This document shows positions 44,254 through 54,097 of a stretch of DNA of 64,000 nt, piece by piece (position 1 is the stretch's first letter; each line of letters begins with the position of its first letter). The position numbers were made by a program, and so were the translations under genes. This stretch comes from a virus. The notes beneath the pieces were generated by a model. It worked only from the letters and a program-made list of their open reading frames with translations, did not search any database and had not been told where the DNA came from. The stretch lies in IMG/VR virus record IMGVR_UViG_3300031521_000011, positions 32,001-96,000 of that record. One strand, written 5' to 3'.

Positions 44254-47200
44254 ATGAATGAACAAGACAGAATAAGGCTGGACCGCGAAGCTTCTGAGAT
44301 GGAGTCCAAGGTCTTGGCGCTCGTCAAATCGAAGTTTCCAATGAAGCTTCAGGGCGGAATTCTGAATGTATCCGACCTGAAGATTGAGCGCCCGGCTGGT
44401 CTGTTTAATCTCACAGCTCAACATAATCTCAAGATGGACGACGGAAGCCTATACGGTGCTCTCCGTGGTCGCTTCAACTTGAGCAATGACAAGGGAAAAG
44501 TGATAAAGCAGACAAATGTGCAAGATATCATCAGCACAATTCCATACAAAACAGTCCGTGGCAGTTACATTGCCGGTGGAAATGAGCGCACAATCTCAGC
44601 TCAGATGCGCCAGGCACCCGGTATTTACACAGAGCGCAATGGAACTGAGGTCATAACCAAGATACGGTTTAATGCAACGAGTGAGTTATGGACCTCACCG
44701 ATCATGATGCATTATGATCAGTCGAAGTCCAAGTTCTTTCTGCGCTTTAAAATCGGAAATAAAACGCTCGATCTGAGCGGCATAACTTTCCTTACTGACA
44801 TCGCTGGCGCATCTATCGGTGAGGTCAAGAAAGCGCTTGGCTCCGAGGCGGTCTATATCGATGTTATGCAGAAGCATCCAACATTCAACGCTACGCTGGC
44901 TGATGTTTATGCCTTATATTTCAAGGATGAGAAGTATGACGGAACAGCCGAGCAGGTTGTGAAACTGCGCGACAGGATCATGGAGCAACCCAACTTTGGC
45001 AACTCTGGCGAAAAAAGAGTCGGAGCTACAGTCGGTGTTGCCTCCAATAAACTTGATAAAAATGTTGTATTGGCTTCAATCACTAAGCTATTTGCCGTAG
45101 CAAGAAATGATGCAGAAGAAGATTCTATCGACGATCTTCGCTTCAAGATCGTACTCAATGACCAGGACTTCATCCTGGGAGAACTGAGCGAAGGCATCGA
45201 CGAGTTTAAGAACAAGGTAAACTTCAGGAGCGGCGCAGACAACGAATTGAAGTTCATCGTTGCTTCTCCGCTTGATAATCTGGACAAGAAGATTGACAGG
45301 TTCATCAAAGCCGATACTAGAAATGCCCCTCAGTCCACCGGTATCGTGGAGGCCCCGGAGACAACAAACCCATTGAATCTGATTTCCTCCACGAAAAAGA
45401 TCACACAAAAGGGCGAGGGTGGCATCTCTGACGAGGCAGCCCGGAACGCTGACAGCGCCAGAAACCTTCAGCCCACTGCCATTACCCGCATCGACCCAGT
45501 TGAATCTCCTGAATCTCAGAAGATTGGATTGGTCCGCCAGCTCGCGCGAAACGCACGGGCTACGAATGGCACAATCGTATCGAAATTCTTTCCAGTAAAA
45601 AAGGGAACTGCCAACATTGATGAAGAGAATATTGTAGAGCTTGATCCGTTTGAGGAATATGACCATCATGTGGCTTTCTATACGCCATCTGAGATCACCA
45701 AGATCAATAACATGATTGCGTTTAAGAAGCCTCTGGTGACAGGCCGATTCAATGGAAAAGTTATGCAAATTCCGAGGGAAGAGATTGAGTATATCGATAC
45801 TTCCCCGAGTGACATCTTTGGCATCTCTGCTGCCCTGGTTCCGTTCGGTGACCACAACGACGGTAACCGTATGTTGATGGCCACAAATCAGCAAAAGCAA
45901 TCTCTGCTGCTGAAGAGCTCAGTGCGCCAGGCTCCCTATGTCCAGGTAGCCATAGATCAAGACAAGAAACAAACATTTGAAGGCCAAATTGGCGAAAACT
46001 CAAACGTTGTGCGTTCTCCTGAGAACGGCGTCGTTGAGTCAGTCGATGGCGGCCATATTGTAATTAAGGGCGAAAGCGGCAAAAGACATTCGCTTGATTA
46101 CTATGACCACTTTCCGATGAACCAGGATAATTTCGCTCATAACGAAGTTCTAGTGAAGCGCGGGGACGAGGTAAAGGCCGGCCAAATGGTGGCTGAAGGA
46201 TGGCACACTAAGGATGGCAAGCTTGCCCTTGGTCTCAATGCCCGTATCGCATATCTACCATATAAGGGTTGGAACTATGAAGACGGCGTGGTTATAAGCC
46301 GCGAATTCGCCGACAGGGTTCAGACTGATGAAATGGAATCCCGCGACATCATAGTATACAAGGATTTCATTGGCGGCCCAGGGAGCGGAGTCAGGGATAA
46401 ATTCATAGAAACTACAGCACAAAGCGCCGGCATGCAGAAGTTGGATAAGGATGGAATCATTATGCCTGGGCAAGAAGTTGGCCCCGGAGACATCCTTGTT
46501 GCCATGCTGAAGCCTAAGGCTCCGGACTATGACGCAATGCGTTCATTCTCCAAGATGATCATGAAGGGCGACGAAACCGAGTTTGAGGATGCCGCACAAA
46601 AAATCGGTGATGGCGAGTACATGCAGGGTAAAGTACTCGATGTACATGTGCTGCCCGGCGGCGGAGATCCCGATGTAAGAAATATAATCCGCATCCGTGT
46701 GAAAATGTCAAAGACACTCAAAATCGGAGATAAAATTTCTGGCCGTCACGGAAACAAAGGAACTATTACCAAAATACTTGGAACGAAGGAAATGCCTCAC
46801 ACTGAAGACGGGCGCTCAATTGACGTCCTGTTTTCTCCGCTGGTTGTTCCTTCTCGTAAAAATGTTGGCCAGCTTCTGGAAGTCAATGCTGGCTTAATTG
46901 CTGAGAAGACAGGTAAGCCATACACTGTTTACAATTTCGATCCAAAAGAAGTGGACAATGTCAAAAACGGGCTTATCAAAATCGGAGTACCAGACGGCAA
47001 AATGGCAGTAATCGATCCTAAAACTGGCAAGGCCTACGAGAACAAAGTCACTGTCGGAAATATGTATATACTGAAACTAAAGCACAAGGTTGATGAAAAA
47101 TTACAATCTCGCTCTTTTGAAGAAGGCGGATTCAACCAGAAATACCTGTCTCCAGAGAAATCCACCGGAGAGGCTGCAGGTGAAAAGGCCAACCCACAGC

Positions 47201-50200
47201 GCCTTGGTGAGATGGAGATGAGGGTGCTGCAGGCCAATCAGGTACCATTCAATATCCTTGAAACCACCACCCTTAAAGGTGATGGCGCTGGCTTTGCAAA
47301 GGATCGCCTTGATATCTTCAGGGCTATGATCAACGGCAGTCCAGAGCATCTCAATAAACTGCGGGACAAGTCCGGCGTACCGGAGTCCTTACGCATCCTG
47401 AAGGACAAGATGTTCGTTATGGGTATGGACGTTAAACCTCTCAATAGGGGCAAAACGGTTCATTCATTGAACGATACATTTAGTGAGCTGATGGTCCTTC
47501 CAACAAGGGATGAAGACATCCTGCGTACAATCGGAAAGAGCAAACGCGTTTATAGTTCAGAGACCTTCCAGTCCACAGACAGGCGGCACGAGAAGTCTGA
47601 TAAGGCTGTACCTGGCGGACTGTATGATCCGGACATCTTCGGAAAAGATGAAGACACGAAGAATGGCCAGGTTGCACGTGAAGCCAGGAGTAAATGGGGC
47701 TACATCGAGCTGGCTACCTATATGCCAAATCCTGTATTGATAGAACAGGCTCAGTATAATCCATATGCATCACTTCTCGGGATGGGTAAGGATAAACTCT
47801 TAAGCCTGATGTCAAAAGACTATGTACTCATCACAAACCCCGGCGATAGCGGTCTTGGTGCAAACACAATCGTTTCTTCAAAGTTAGCTACAGACCTTAT
47901 GATGAATGAGGACAAGCACTTTGAATACAAGGCTGGCGGAGAAGCCTTGATGTATCTTCTGTCAAAGATCAATGTGAACAAGGAACTTGTGGCTACCGAG
48001 GCTGCATTGAAAGCCGCGAAGCTCGACAAAAAAGATGCACTCTTTAAGAAATATTCAGTGCTCAAGATGCTGCAAAAGAACAACATGCAGCCCGGCGACC
48101 TGATGACAAAGATTGTTCCTGTCACACCAAAATACCTGCGCCCGCGCAATGCTCAGGGGCAACAGGTTATAGAGAATGGTCTGACTAAGGTCTACAGTAA
48201 CCTGGTTGATGTAAATGAAAACTCGCGCCTAGCCTTTGAGTCTGGTACGCCAGATATCAAGGCAGAACAAAGCAATGGCCTCTATCGTTCCATGAAATAT
48301 CTCTATGGCGGATTTAAAAATGATCGCTATGTTGATAAAAAGAAAAAGGAAGAATTGGGCGGCATCCTTGATCTCATCGGAAACAAAGAGGGCTTGGTTC
48401 GCGATAAGATGCTGGGCAAGCGCGTTGACTACTCTGGCCGCGCCGTAATCGGTGTCGATCCCACATTGAAGATCGATGAGATTGGTATCCCGGCTGACAT
48501 CGCAAAGACCACTTACAAGCCATTTATCATTAAAGAACTAATCCATCGCGGATATGTTCCAATGGGCGCTGATGGAGAGCGTATGGCGAGGGAAAAGATT
48601 CTTCGATTTGATGACGATGTCAAAAAAGTTCTCGATGACATTGTCAAAGATCGCCCAATCCTCGTAAACCGTGCGCCATCACTTCATAAGTTCGGCATAC
48701 AGGCTATGCGTCCGGTCATTCGCACGACGCAGGATGGACAAGTCGTCAGGAATATCCAACTTAACCCCATGGTCGTAACCGGCTTTGGCGCTGACTTTGA
48801 TGGAGACCAGATGGGTGTGCACGTTCCGCTGAGCGACAAGGCCGTCGAAGAAGCCAGAAACATGATGATGCCCAGCGATAATCTTATTAATCCAACCAAC
48901 GGCAAGATGATCCTTGAAATCCGTCATGAGATGACATTGGGTATATACTACCTGACAATGAATCCAGAACAGACAACTGGAAAGAACATCACCTACTCTA
49001 CATATAAACAGCTTCGCGCAGACTACGAATCCGGCAAGATCAAAACCCGTCAGGCTGTTACCCTTAATGGCAAAATGACCACGGCCGGTCAATGGCTGTT
49101 CTTTGGAATACCAGGGCTCCAGGCAAAGTATCGTAACAAGTATTTCGGACAGACAATGAGCGACAAGTCCCTGAAGGACATGCTACGCGAGATCTATGAC
49201 GACATTACATTTGGCCGCAATGAGACGATGGGCACAATTGATCTATCAAATCTGATGGATAACATCAAGGACCTTGGATTCATGGCATCTACTCGCTCCG
49301 GTCTTAGCATCGGAATCAAAGATCTGGAGTTCCCAGAGAAGTATCAGGATGATATTTTTGAAAGGGCTAGAAAGATCGATGAGCGCCTGAAGGGCGATGA
49401 GGCGGGACTCATTGGCGCATACCAAACACTGGAAGGTGAAGTTGAGAGCGAGCTCAAGGCTGGTGCCATGGGTAAGGATAATCCCGTTACTGCCATGCTG
49501 CAGTCTGGTGCCAGGGGCGACGCCGGCCAGATTCGCCGTATGGGTGGCCTTGTTGGTGTTGGCCGTGATATTGAAAATCATGCAGTCACACCAATTAGAT
49601 CTTCGCATATGACCGGCCTCTCTCCGGGTGAGTACTGGTTGCACAGCTACGACTCCCTGAAGGGCATGGCTGACCGCGCACTGAATACAGAAGCACCAGG
49701 CACGCTTACCAGGGAGCTCTGGTCCGCATATCAAGACAAGGTTATCTCAGAACCGGACTGTCATACAACAAAAGGAATCCTCATCAACAAGGAAGGCAAA
49801 ATTGTCGGACGCTATGCATCAAAAGACATTACAAGCGCCGATGGATCCATAACATACGTGAAGGCTGGACAACCAATCACACAGATAACGCAAACCGCTA
49901 TCGGCAGAGACAAGACCATCAAGTTTATCCAGATCCGCTCACCAGCCACCTGCGCAACCGTCAATGGTCTGTGCCAGAAGTGCTATGGCTGGGAGACCGG
50001 AAGGCCACAACCCCCGAAGCTTGGATACCCAGCCGGCGTTATTGCATCTCAGGCCATCGGCGAGCCGGTGACGCAGATGACGATGAAGACATTCCATGGC
50101 GGCGGCACGTCGTCCAACGTTACGCTTGGCCTGCCCAGAATCCTTGAGATGCTGCACCCTGAGTCATCCAACCTCAACAATATAGCGGTTCTGTCAAAGA

Positions 50201-51144
50201 ATACCGGCAGAGTTGAAGAGATTAAGGATACCGTCAGCGGCACTGATGTTGTTATTGGCAAAAAGAAATACCATATTCCGTTCGATGAGAACGGCAACCG
50301 TAAGCCATTAAGGGTAGTGGTTGGAGATAGTGTTGTTCAGGGTCAGTTCCTTACTGTAGGAAATCTTGATGACCTTGACGCTGCTCGTAAGGACAAGACA
50401 ATGACATCCATTACCAGCGCCCGCCCGGTAGAGATTATGAACTTCGCACCTGATAAGGAAGAAGGACTCAATCAGGCGCAGAATTACATGATTGGCGGCA
50501 TGCAGTACGCAATCGATACCTCCCTGAATAAACAGGACGCTGTTGACCGCCGCCACATCGAGCTGACAGTCGGAAAGCTCACAGAGAATGTCAAAATTAG
50601 CGACTCTGGCGACTCTCCATACATGGATGGCCAAGAAGTCAAACGCAACGTAGCTGACCGTTGGAATGCTGATAATGTGACAATGTCCATCGCCAAACTC
50701 ACGCCAACAGCCAGCATGGATAAGCTTCTTGGAGCTATTGCAGGTGAAACCGTCAAAGATAGAAGCGGACAGATACTTGTAAAGCAAGGTCAGAAGATTA
50801 CCAGAGATATGCTCGGCCCAATCATGCTGGCGACCAGAAACATCAAAGTTACGCCGAGGCCGATCATTTATGTGGCCGAGATGGATTCTCCACAGACGGC
50901 AGCCGATAAGGGCCATGATAACTGGTTCAGCAACCTTGGCCACCAAAACATCGGTAAGCAGCTCTCCAGGGGCGTATCATTCGGTCAAGTGGATAAGCTC
51001 GAAGACCCGCGTGCCCGCATGATGGCCGGCAAGCTCAGTAATATTGGTCAAGAGGGCCATAACTGGTGGGAGAAGTTCAAGAACGGCACAAGCGATTTCG
51101 CAAACACAATCAGTAACAGTCTTCTGGGAATGTTTCAGAAGTAG
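44254..51144 (+). CDS. rpoBC: single-chain DNA-directed RNA polymerase, beta + beta' fusion
   Basis: beta motifs: DGNRMLMATNQQKQ, GWNYEDG, GDKISGRHGNKG, MYILKLKH, QRLGEME; beta' motifs: LGKRVDYSGRAVI, NRAPSLH, GADFDGD, SGARG, CQKCYG, QAIGEPVTQMTMKTFH; one uninterrupted 2296-aa ORF. Confidence 0.96.
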   Translation: MNEQDRIRLDREASEMESKVLALVKSKFPMKLQGGILNVSDLKIERPAGLFNLTAQHNLKMDDGSLYGALRGRFNLSNDKGKVIKQTNVQDIISTIPYKTVRGSYIAGGNERTISAQMRQAPGIYTERNGTEVITKIRFNATSELWTSPIMMHYDQSKSKFFLRFKIGNKTLDLSGITFLTDIAGASIGEVKKALGSEAVYIDVMQKHPTFNATLADVYALYFKDEKYDGTAEQVVKLRDRIMEQPNFGNSGEKRVGATVGVASNKLDKNVVLASITKLFAVARNDAEEDSIDDLRFKIVLNDQDFILGELSEGIDEFKNKVNFRSGADNELKFIVASPLDNLDKKIDRFIKADTRNAPQSTGIVEAPETTNPLNLISSTKKITQKGEGGISDEAARNADSARNLQPTAITRIDPVESPESQKIGLVRQLARNARATNGTIVSKFFPVKKGTANIDEENIVELDPFEEYDHHVAFYTPSEITKINNMIAFKKPLVTGRFNGKVMQIPREEIEYIDTSPSDIFGISAALVPFGDHNDGNRMLMATNQQKQSLLLKSSVRQAPYVQVAIDQDKKQTFEGQIGENSNVVRSPENGVVESVDGGHIVIKGESGKRHSLDYYDHFPMNQDNFAHNEVLVKRGDEVKAGQMVAEGWHTKDGKLALGLNARIAYLPYKGWNYEDGVVISREFADRVQTDEMESRDIIVYKDFIGGPGSGVRDKFIETTAQSAGMQKLDKDGIIMPGQEVGPGDILVAMLKPKAPDYDAMRSFSKMIMKGDETEFEDAAQKIGDGEYMQGKVLDVHVLPGGGDPDVRNIIRIRVKMSKTLKIGDKISGRHGNKGTITKILGTKEMPHTEDGRSIDVLFSPLVVPSRKNVGQLLEVNAGLIAEKTGKPYTVYNFDPKEVDNVKNGLIKIGVPDGKMAVIDPKTGKAYENKVTVGNMYILKLKHKVDEKLQSRSFEEGGFNQKYLSPEKSTGEAAGEKANPQRLGEMEMRVLQANQVPFNILETTTLKGDGAGFAKDRLDIFRAMINGSPEHLNKLRDKSGVPESLRILKDKMFVMGMDVKPLNRGKTVHSLNDTFSELMVLPTRDEDILRTIGKSKRVYSSETFQSTDRRHEKSDKAVPGGLYDPDIFGKDEDTKNGQVAREARSKWGYIELATYMPNPVLIEQAQYNPYASLLGMGKDKLLSLMSKDYVLITNPGDSGLGANTIVSSKLATDLMMNEDKHFEYKAGGEALMYLLSKINVNKELVATEAALKAAKLDKKDALFKKYSVLKMLQKNNMQPGDLMTKIVPVTPKYLRPRNAQGQQVIENGLTKVYSNLVDVNENSRLAFESGTPDIKAEQSNGLYRSMKYLYGGFKNDRYVDKKKKEELGGILDLIGNKEGLVRDKMLGKRVDYSGRAVIGVDPTLKIDEIGIPADIAKTTYKPFIIKELIHRGYVPMGADGERMAREKILRFDDDVKKVLDDIVKDRPILVNRAPSLHKFGIQAMRPVIRTTQDGQVVRNIQLNPMVVTGFGADFDGDQMGVHVPLSDKAVEEARNMMMPSDNLINPTNGKMILEIRHEMTLGIYYLTMNPEQTTGKNITYSTYKQLRADYESGKIKTRQAVTLNGKMTTAGQWLFFGIPGLQAKYRNKYFGQTMSDKSLKDMLREIYDDITFGRNETMGTIDLSNLMDNIKDLGFMASTRSGLSIGIKDLEFPEKYQDDIFERARKIDERLKGDEAGLIGAYQTLEGEVESELKAGAMGKDNPVTAMLQSGARGDAGQIRRMGGLVGVGRDIENHAVTPIRSSHMTGLSPGEYWLHSYDSLKGMADRALNTEAPGTLTRELWSAYQDKVISEPDCHTTKGILINKEGKIVGRYASKDITSADGSITYVKAGQPITQITQTAIGRDKTIKFIQIRSPATCATVNGLCQKCYGWETGRPQPPKLGYPAGVIASQAIGEPVTQMTMKTFHGGGTSSNVTLGLPRILEMLHPESSNLNNIAVLSKNTGRVEEIKDTVSGTDVVIGKKKYHIPFDENGNRKPLRVVVGDSVVQGQFLTVGNLDDLDAARKDKTMTSITSARPVEIMNFAPDKEEGLNQAQNYMIGGMQYAIDTSLNKQDAVDRRHIELTVGKLTENVKISDSGDSPYMDGQEVKRNVADRWNADNVTMSIAKLTPTASMDKLLGAIAGETVKDRSGQILVKQGQKITRDMLGPIMLATRNIKVTPRPIIYVAEMDSPQTAADKGHDNWFSNLGHQNIGKQLSRGVSFGQVDKLEDPRARMMAGKLSNIGQEGHNWWEKFKNGTSDFANTISNSLLGMFQK

Positions 51145-51149
51145 AATCA

Positions 51150-51186
51150 ATGCTGTGGCCAAATAGATTGACTTTGGCCACAGCAT
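51150..51186. repeat. 14-bp perfect inverted repeat (terminator of the RNAP operon and/or operator over a -35)
   Basis: ATGCTGTGGCCAAA/TTTGGCCACAGCAT. Confidence 0.7.
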
Positions 51187-51196
51187 CTTGTATTAT
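51168..51196 (+). promoter_or_regulatory. sigmaA-type promoter
   Basis: TTGACT-17bp-TATTAT. Confidence 0.7.
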
Positions 51197-51229
51197 AATA
51201 ACAAATGTATCAGGGTATGAGTCAAGTTT

Positions 51230-51343
51230 GCGCTGCTGTGACAATCCAGACGTTCCTTAAGAAAGCGCTGGGCATTGCCCGACAAGGAACCTGCTCCTAA
51301 TGCGGCCGCTAGGGATCATAGCTAGAGGGTGTCGCAGCAGCGC
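51230..51343 (+). ncRNA. candidate structured RNA (multibranch) in the HU leader
   Basis: 14-bp closing stem GCGCTGCTGTGACA/TGTCGCAGCAGCGC; inner stems GTTCCTT/AAGGAAC and GGGC/GCCC. Confidence 0.45.
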
Positions 51344-51374
51344 CTTATATTTTACGAAACGGTGAGGGCGGTAT

Positions 51375-51671
51375 ATGGACAAGGTGGTAAACAATAAGAA
51401 CGATCTTATCCGAGAGGTGGCCGCCTCTACAGGGATCTCCATCCGCCAGGCGGAAGAGATCATCAATACGTTTCTTGGTATGATGCAACAGAAGGTCTTA
51501 GCTGGACAGGCGATTTCAATCAAAGGTTTCTTTGGCATGAGGTATCTCCGGGCAAGATCCAAAGCTGTTCGTGACTTCGAGAATGGAATTCAGAAGCAAT
51601 CAGGAGATCATCTCCGCCCAAAATGTAAATTCAGTGAAAGTTTTGTGCAAAAAATAAAGGAAAAAGGGTGA
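51375..51671 (+). CDS. HU/IHF-family DNA-binding protein
   Basis: NKNDLIREVA, ISIKGF and RPKCKFS motifs. Confidence 0.85.
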   Translation: MDKVVNNKNDLIREVAASTGISIRQAEEIINTFLGMMQQKVLAGQAISIKGFFGMRYLRARSKAVRDFENGIQKQSGDHLRPKCKFSESFVQKIKEKG

Positions 51672-51691
51672 CGCAAAAGCGTCACCCTTTT
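51662..51691. terminator. bidirectional terminator
   Basis: AAAAGGGTGACGC/GCGTCACCCTTTT. Confidence 0.8.
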
Positions 51692-51978
51692 GTTTTACGT
51701 GAAACATTCAAATGAAGAACTATTTGCTCATTGAATCTCTTAAGCACATTCTCAAGAGTCACATTCCATACATAATGGTTAATTAACTCCTGCTTGTCGT
51801 CCTGCATTTTGAATAACAAGTAGGCGTCACATGTAGTGTCATGGGATTCCTTTTTTGCAACATCCATCATATCATCCCACTTTAAAAATGCATTATCTTC
51901 ATCCAGCATTTCGATTCTGGTCATGATTAATGGGGCATTGTATCTACGATAATGATACAGGATGTAATTATTTTCCAT
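51682..51978 (-). CDS. hypothetical protein
   Basis: start MENNY after AAGGAGGAG. Confidence 0.65.
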   Translation of the reverse strand: MENNYILYHYRRYNAPLIMTRIEMLDEDNAFLKWDDMMDVAKKESHDTTCDAYLLFKMQDDKQELINHYVWNVTLENVLKRFNEQIVLHLNVSRKTKG

Positions 51979-51991
51979 AGGCATCTCCTCC

Positions 51992-54097
51992 TTAAAATGG
52001 CATATCATCTTCTCTTCCGAGAAACTTTTCCACCACGCTCAGGCTCCTTGTTATTGTCTTTTCGTAATTGAAGCTGTTCATGATGCGCGACGCATACTTC
52101 GCCGACTTGATTCTCCCATCACCGAATGCTATTACGCATTTATCGGTGGTGGTTCTGACGCCACGCCCCACAGCCTGCTTGAGAGCGATTATCATGCTTG
52201 GTATGGAATATTTCCAGAAAGCCCCGGCCTCTTGTGCAAGAACCTTGGCCACCGGGTCCTCTGGGCTGGCGAAGGGTAGTTTATCGAGGAATACACAGCG
52301 TAGACTATCACCGGCAACGTCTACACCCTCAAATAGGGATCTTGTGCCAATTAAGACAGAGTTTGTGTCGTGGGCAAAATCCTTCAGGAGTTTATCCTGT
52401 GGAGCGTCGCCCTGCATAAACACCGTCAGATTCGTTGATTGCCTCAGGCGCACTGCTGCTGCTTTCATATTGTAGACGCTGGTGAATAGACCAAGGACAC
52501 CACCCCCACAGGATCGCACGAGGTCCAGAAAGTTGGAAAGCATGTTGGGCAGGAAGTTTGGCGCATTGCCGTCCAGCGCCCCTTCTGGAAGATACCAAAG
52601 CTGTTGATACTCCAGGTCAAACGGTGAATCAGCAATCATCTCTCTGGCAAAATCCACACCCAACTCAGTCTTGATGTAATTGAATGATTGGCCGGCGGCC
52701 AGAGTAGCTGATGTAAGAATTGTGGTCAGATCTCCATGCTTATCATCCGTTTTAGCATTGCGCATAAAGAAATTCTGACGCATGTAATCATCGACCTTAA
52801 CCGGTTTCGCTCGCAAGGAAATCATGTTGTTGTTTTCCATCTGAACATAGAATGCTGAATTTTTACCTGTCTGAGTACAGATGGCTCTAATATTGCTTAC
52901 GGCCTCAATACCTCGCATAAGGACGCCATTAAGAATTGCACCGACAGCACGCTCGTCGGAATGACTATCCGCAGGCTCACCAAACTCTTCATCATCATCA
53001 GTGAAAAATTCTGGAGAAATCTCATTCTTCATCTCATTGATCTCATTCACAAATACTCTTAATTCATAGAGGAAGTATTCATGCTCCAAAGGAATCGAGA
53101 GGGTTACGGTTCTGGTCGTTGCGGATAATTGAGTATTATTTTGCATGTAATCTGTGAGGTTTAGGAAGAAGGCCTCTGATTTCTTTACCAGATTCCGAAT
53201 TCCCGTCCTATCAACCTTGAAAATATTGGGGTACTTGTTTTCCGCTGCAGACAGCCGGCGCATGAAATTCAGGAACAGATAGTGAGATACTTTCTTTTCT
53301 TGGAAATTTCGGCTTATCTCGGCGATGTTGTGCGCCTCATCACATATCAGCAAATCATAAGGCGGAAGAATTTTTCCTTCTGTCTCAATGTCGGCGAAGA
53401 GGAGATGGTAGTTCGTGATGATAACGTCTGCACCCCGGCATACTCTTTTGGCTCTGGTGTGAAAGCATTCGTTCTGGAATTCACATGACCGGCCGAGGCA
53501 TTCTTCACTATCCGAGCAAGAGAAATTATTCCAGATATCAAAGTTCGGCTTGAAGCTAAGTTCTGCCATGTCTCCGGTTTTGGTATCGATGGCCCATTTC
53601 ACGATGAGGGACATTTCCACCTTATTTTCCGTAAATGACATTTGAACACCGTCAAAGTTGTTTGCGACGGTATCCTGGAGTCTGTGTTTGCATAGGTAGT
53701 TTTGTTTTCCTTTCATATATGCAACACGGACAGGCGCATCTATAACCTTCTCTATGATTTGCGCAATCAACGGCGCGTCTTTGTGGTAGAGCTGTCCCTG
53801 GAGTGCGATTCCGTTGGTAGAGATGACGGCTGTGCGCCCGTGGGTCTTAGCAAAATACATGACAGAGAAAAGATACACGAACGTTTTTCCGAATCCACAA
53901 GGACCTTCAAGCAAGAAGGGTTCACCGTCCTGCAGAGCTTCCATTGCCTTCCTAACCCCTACTATTTGCTCAGGGCGTTCCTTATAATCCATTTTATATT
54001 CGTAGATAATGCCCTCATGCCCAAATACCTTGTCGACAATTGTATCTATGTCATCCGCGTCGCTGACGACTCTCACGTCGTCTGGAAGTACTTCCAT
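51992..54097 (-). CDS. dinG: DinG/XPD-family Fe-S helicase
   Basis: RPEQ, EGPCGFGKT, KGKQNYLC, Fe-S cysteines, DEAH, TSATL, EGVDV.G and KQAVGRGVR motifs. Confidence 0.92.
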   Translation of the reverse strand: MEVLPDDVRVVSDADDIDTIVDKVFGHEGIIYEYKMDYKERPEQIVGVRKAMEALQDGEPFLLEGPCGFGKTFVYLFSVMYFAKTHGRTAVISTNGIALQGQLYHKDAPLIAQIIEKVIDAPVRVAYMKGKQNYLCKHRLQDTVANNFDGVQMSFTENKVEMSLIVKWAIDTKTGDMAELSFKPNFDIWNNFSCSDSEECLGRSCEFQNECFHTRAKRVCRGADVIITNYHLLFADIETEGKILPPYDLLICDEAHNIAEISRNFQEKKVSHYLFLNFMRRLSAAENKYPNIFKVDRTGIRNLVKKSEAFFLNLTDYMQNNTQLSATTRTVTLSIPLEHEYFLYELRVFVNEINEMKNEISPEFFTDDDEEFGEPADSHSDERAVGAILNGVLMRGIEAVSNIRAICTQTGKNSAFYVQMENNNMISLRAKPVKVDDYMRQNFFMRNAKTDDKHGDLTTILTSATLAAGQSFNYIKTELGVDFAREMIADSPFDLEYQQLWYLPEGALDGNAPNFLPNMLSNFLDLVRSCGGGVLGLFTSVYNMKAAAVRLRQSTNLTVFMQGDAPQDKLLKDFAHDTNSVLIGTRSLFEGVDVAGDSLRCVFLDKLPFASPEDPVAKVLAQEAGAFWKYSIPSMIIALKQAVGRGVRTTTDKCVIAFGDGRIKSAKYASRIMNSFNYEKTITRSLSVVEKFLGREDDMPF

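Noticed and set aside
44254-51144. Host chromosomal rpoBC operon or bacterial contamination
   Set aside because: No ribosomal-protein neighbours, strongly diverged and trimmed sequence, and embedded next to portal and other phage genes
44254-51144. Intein or intron in the RNAP (also considered for terminase, ligase and helicase)
   Set aside because: No intein-like C...HN boundaries or homing-endonuclease motifs noticed, and lengths are at or below normal
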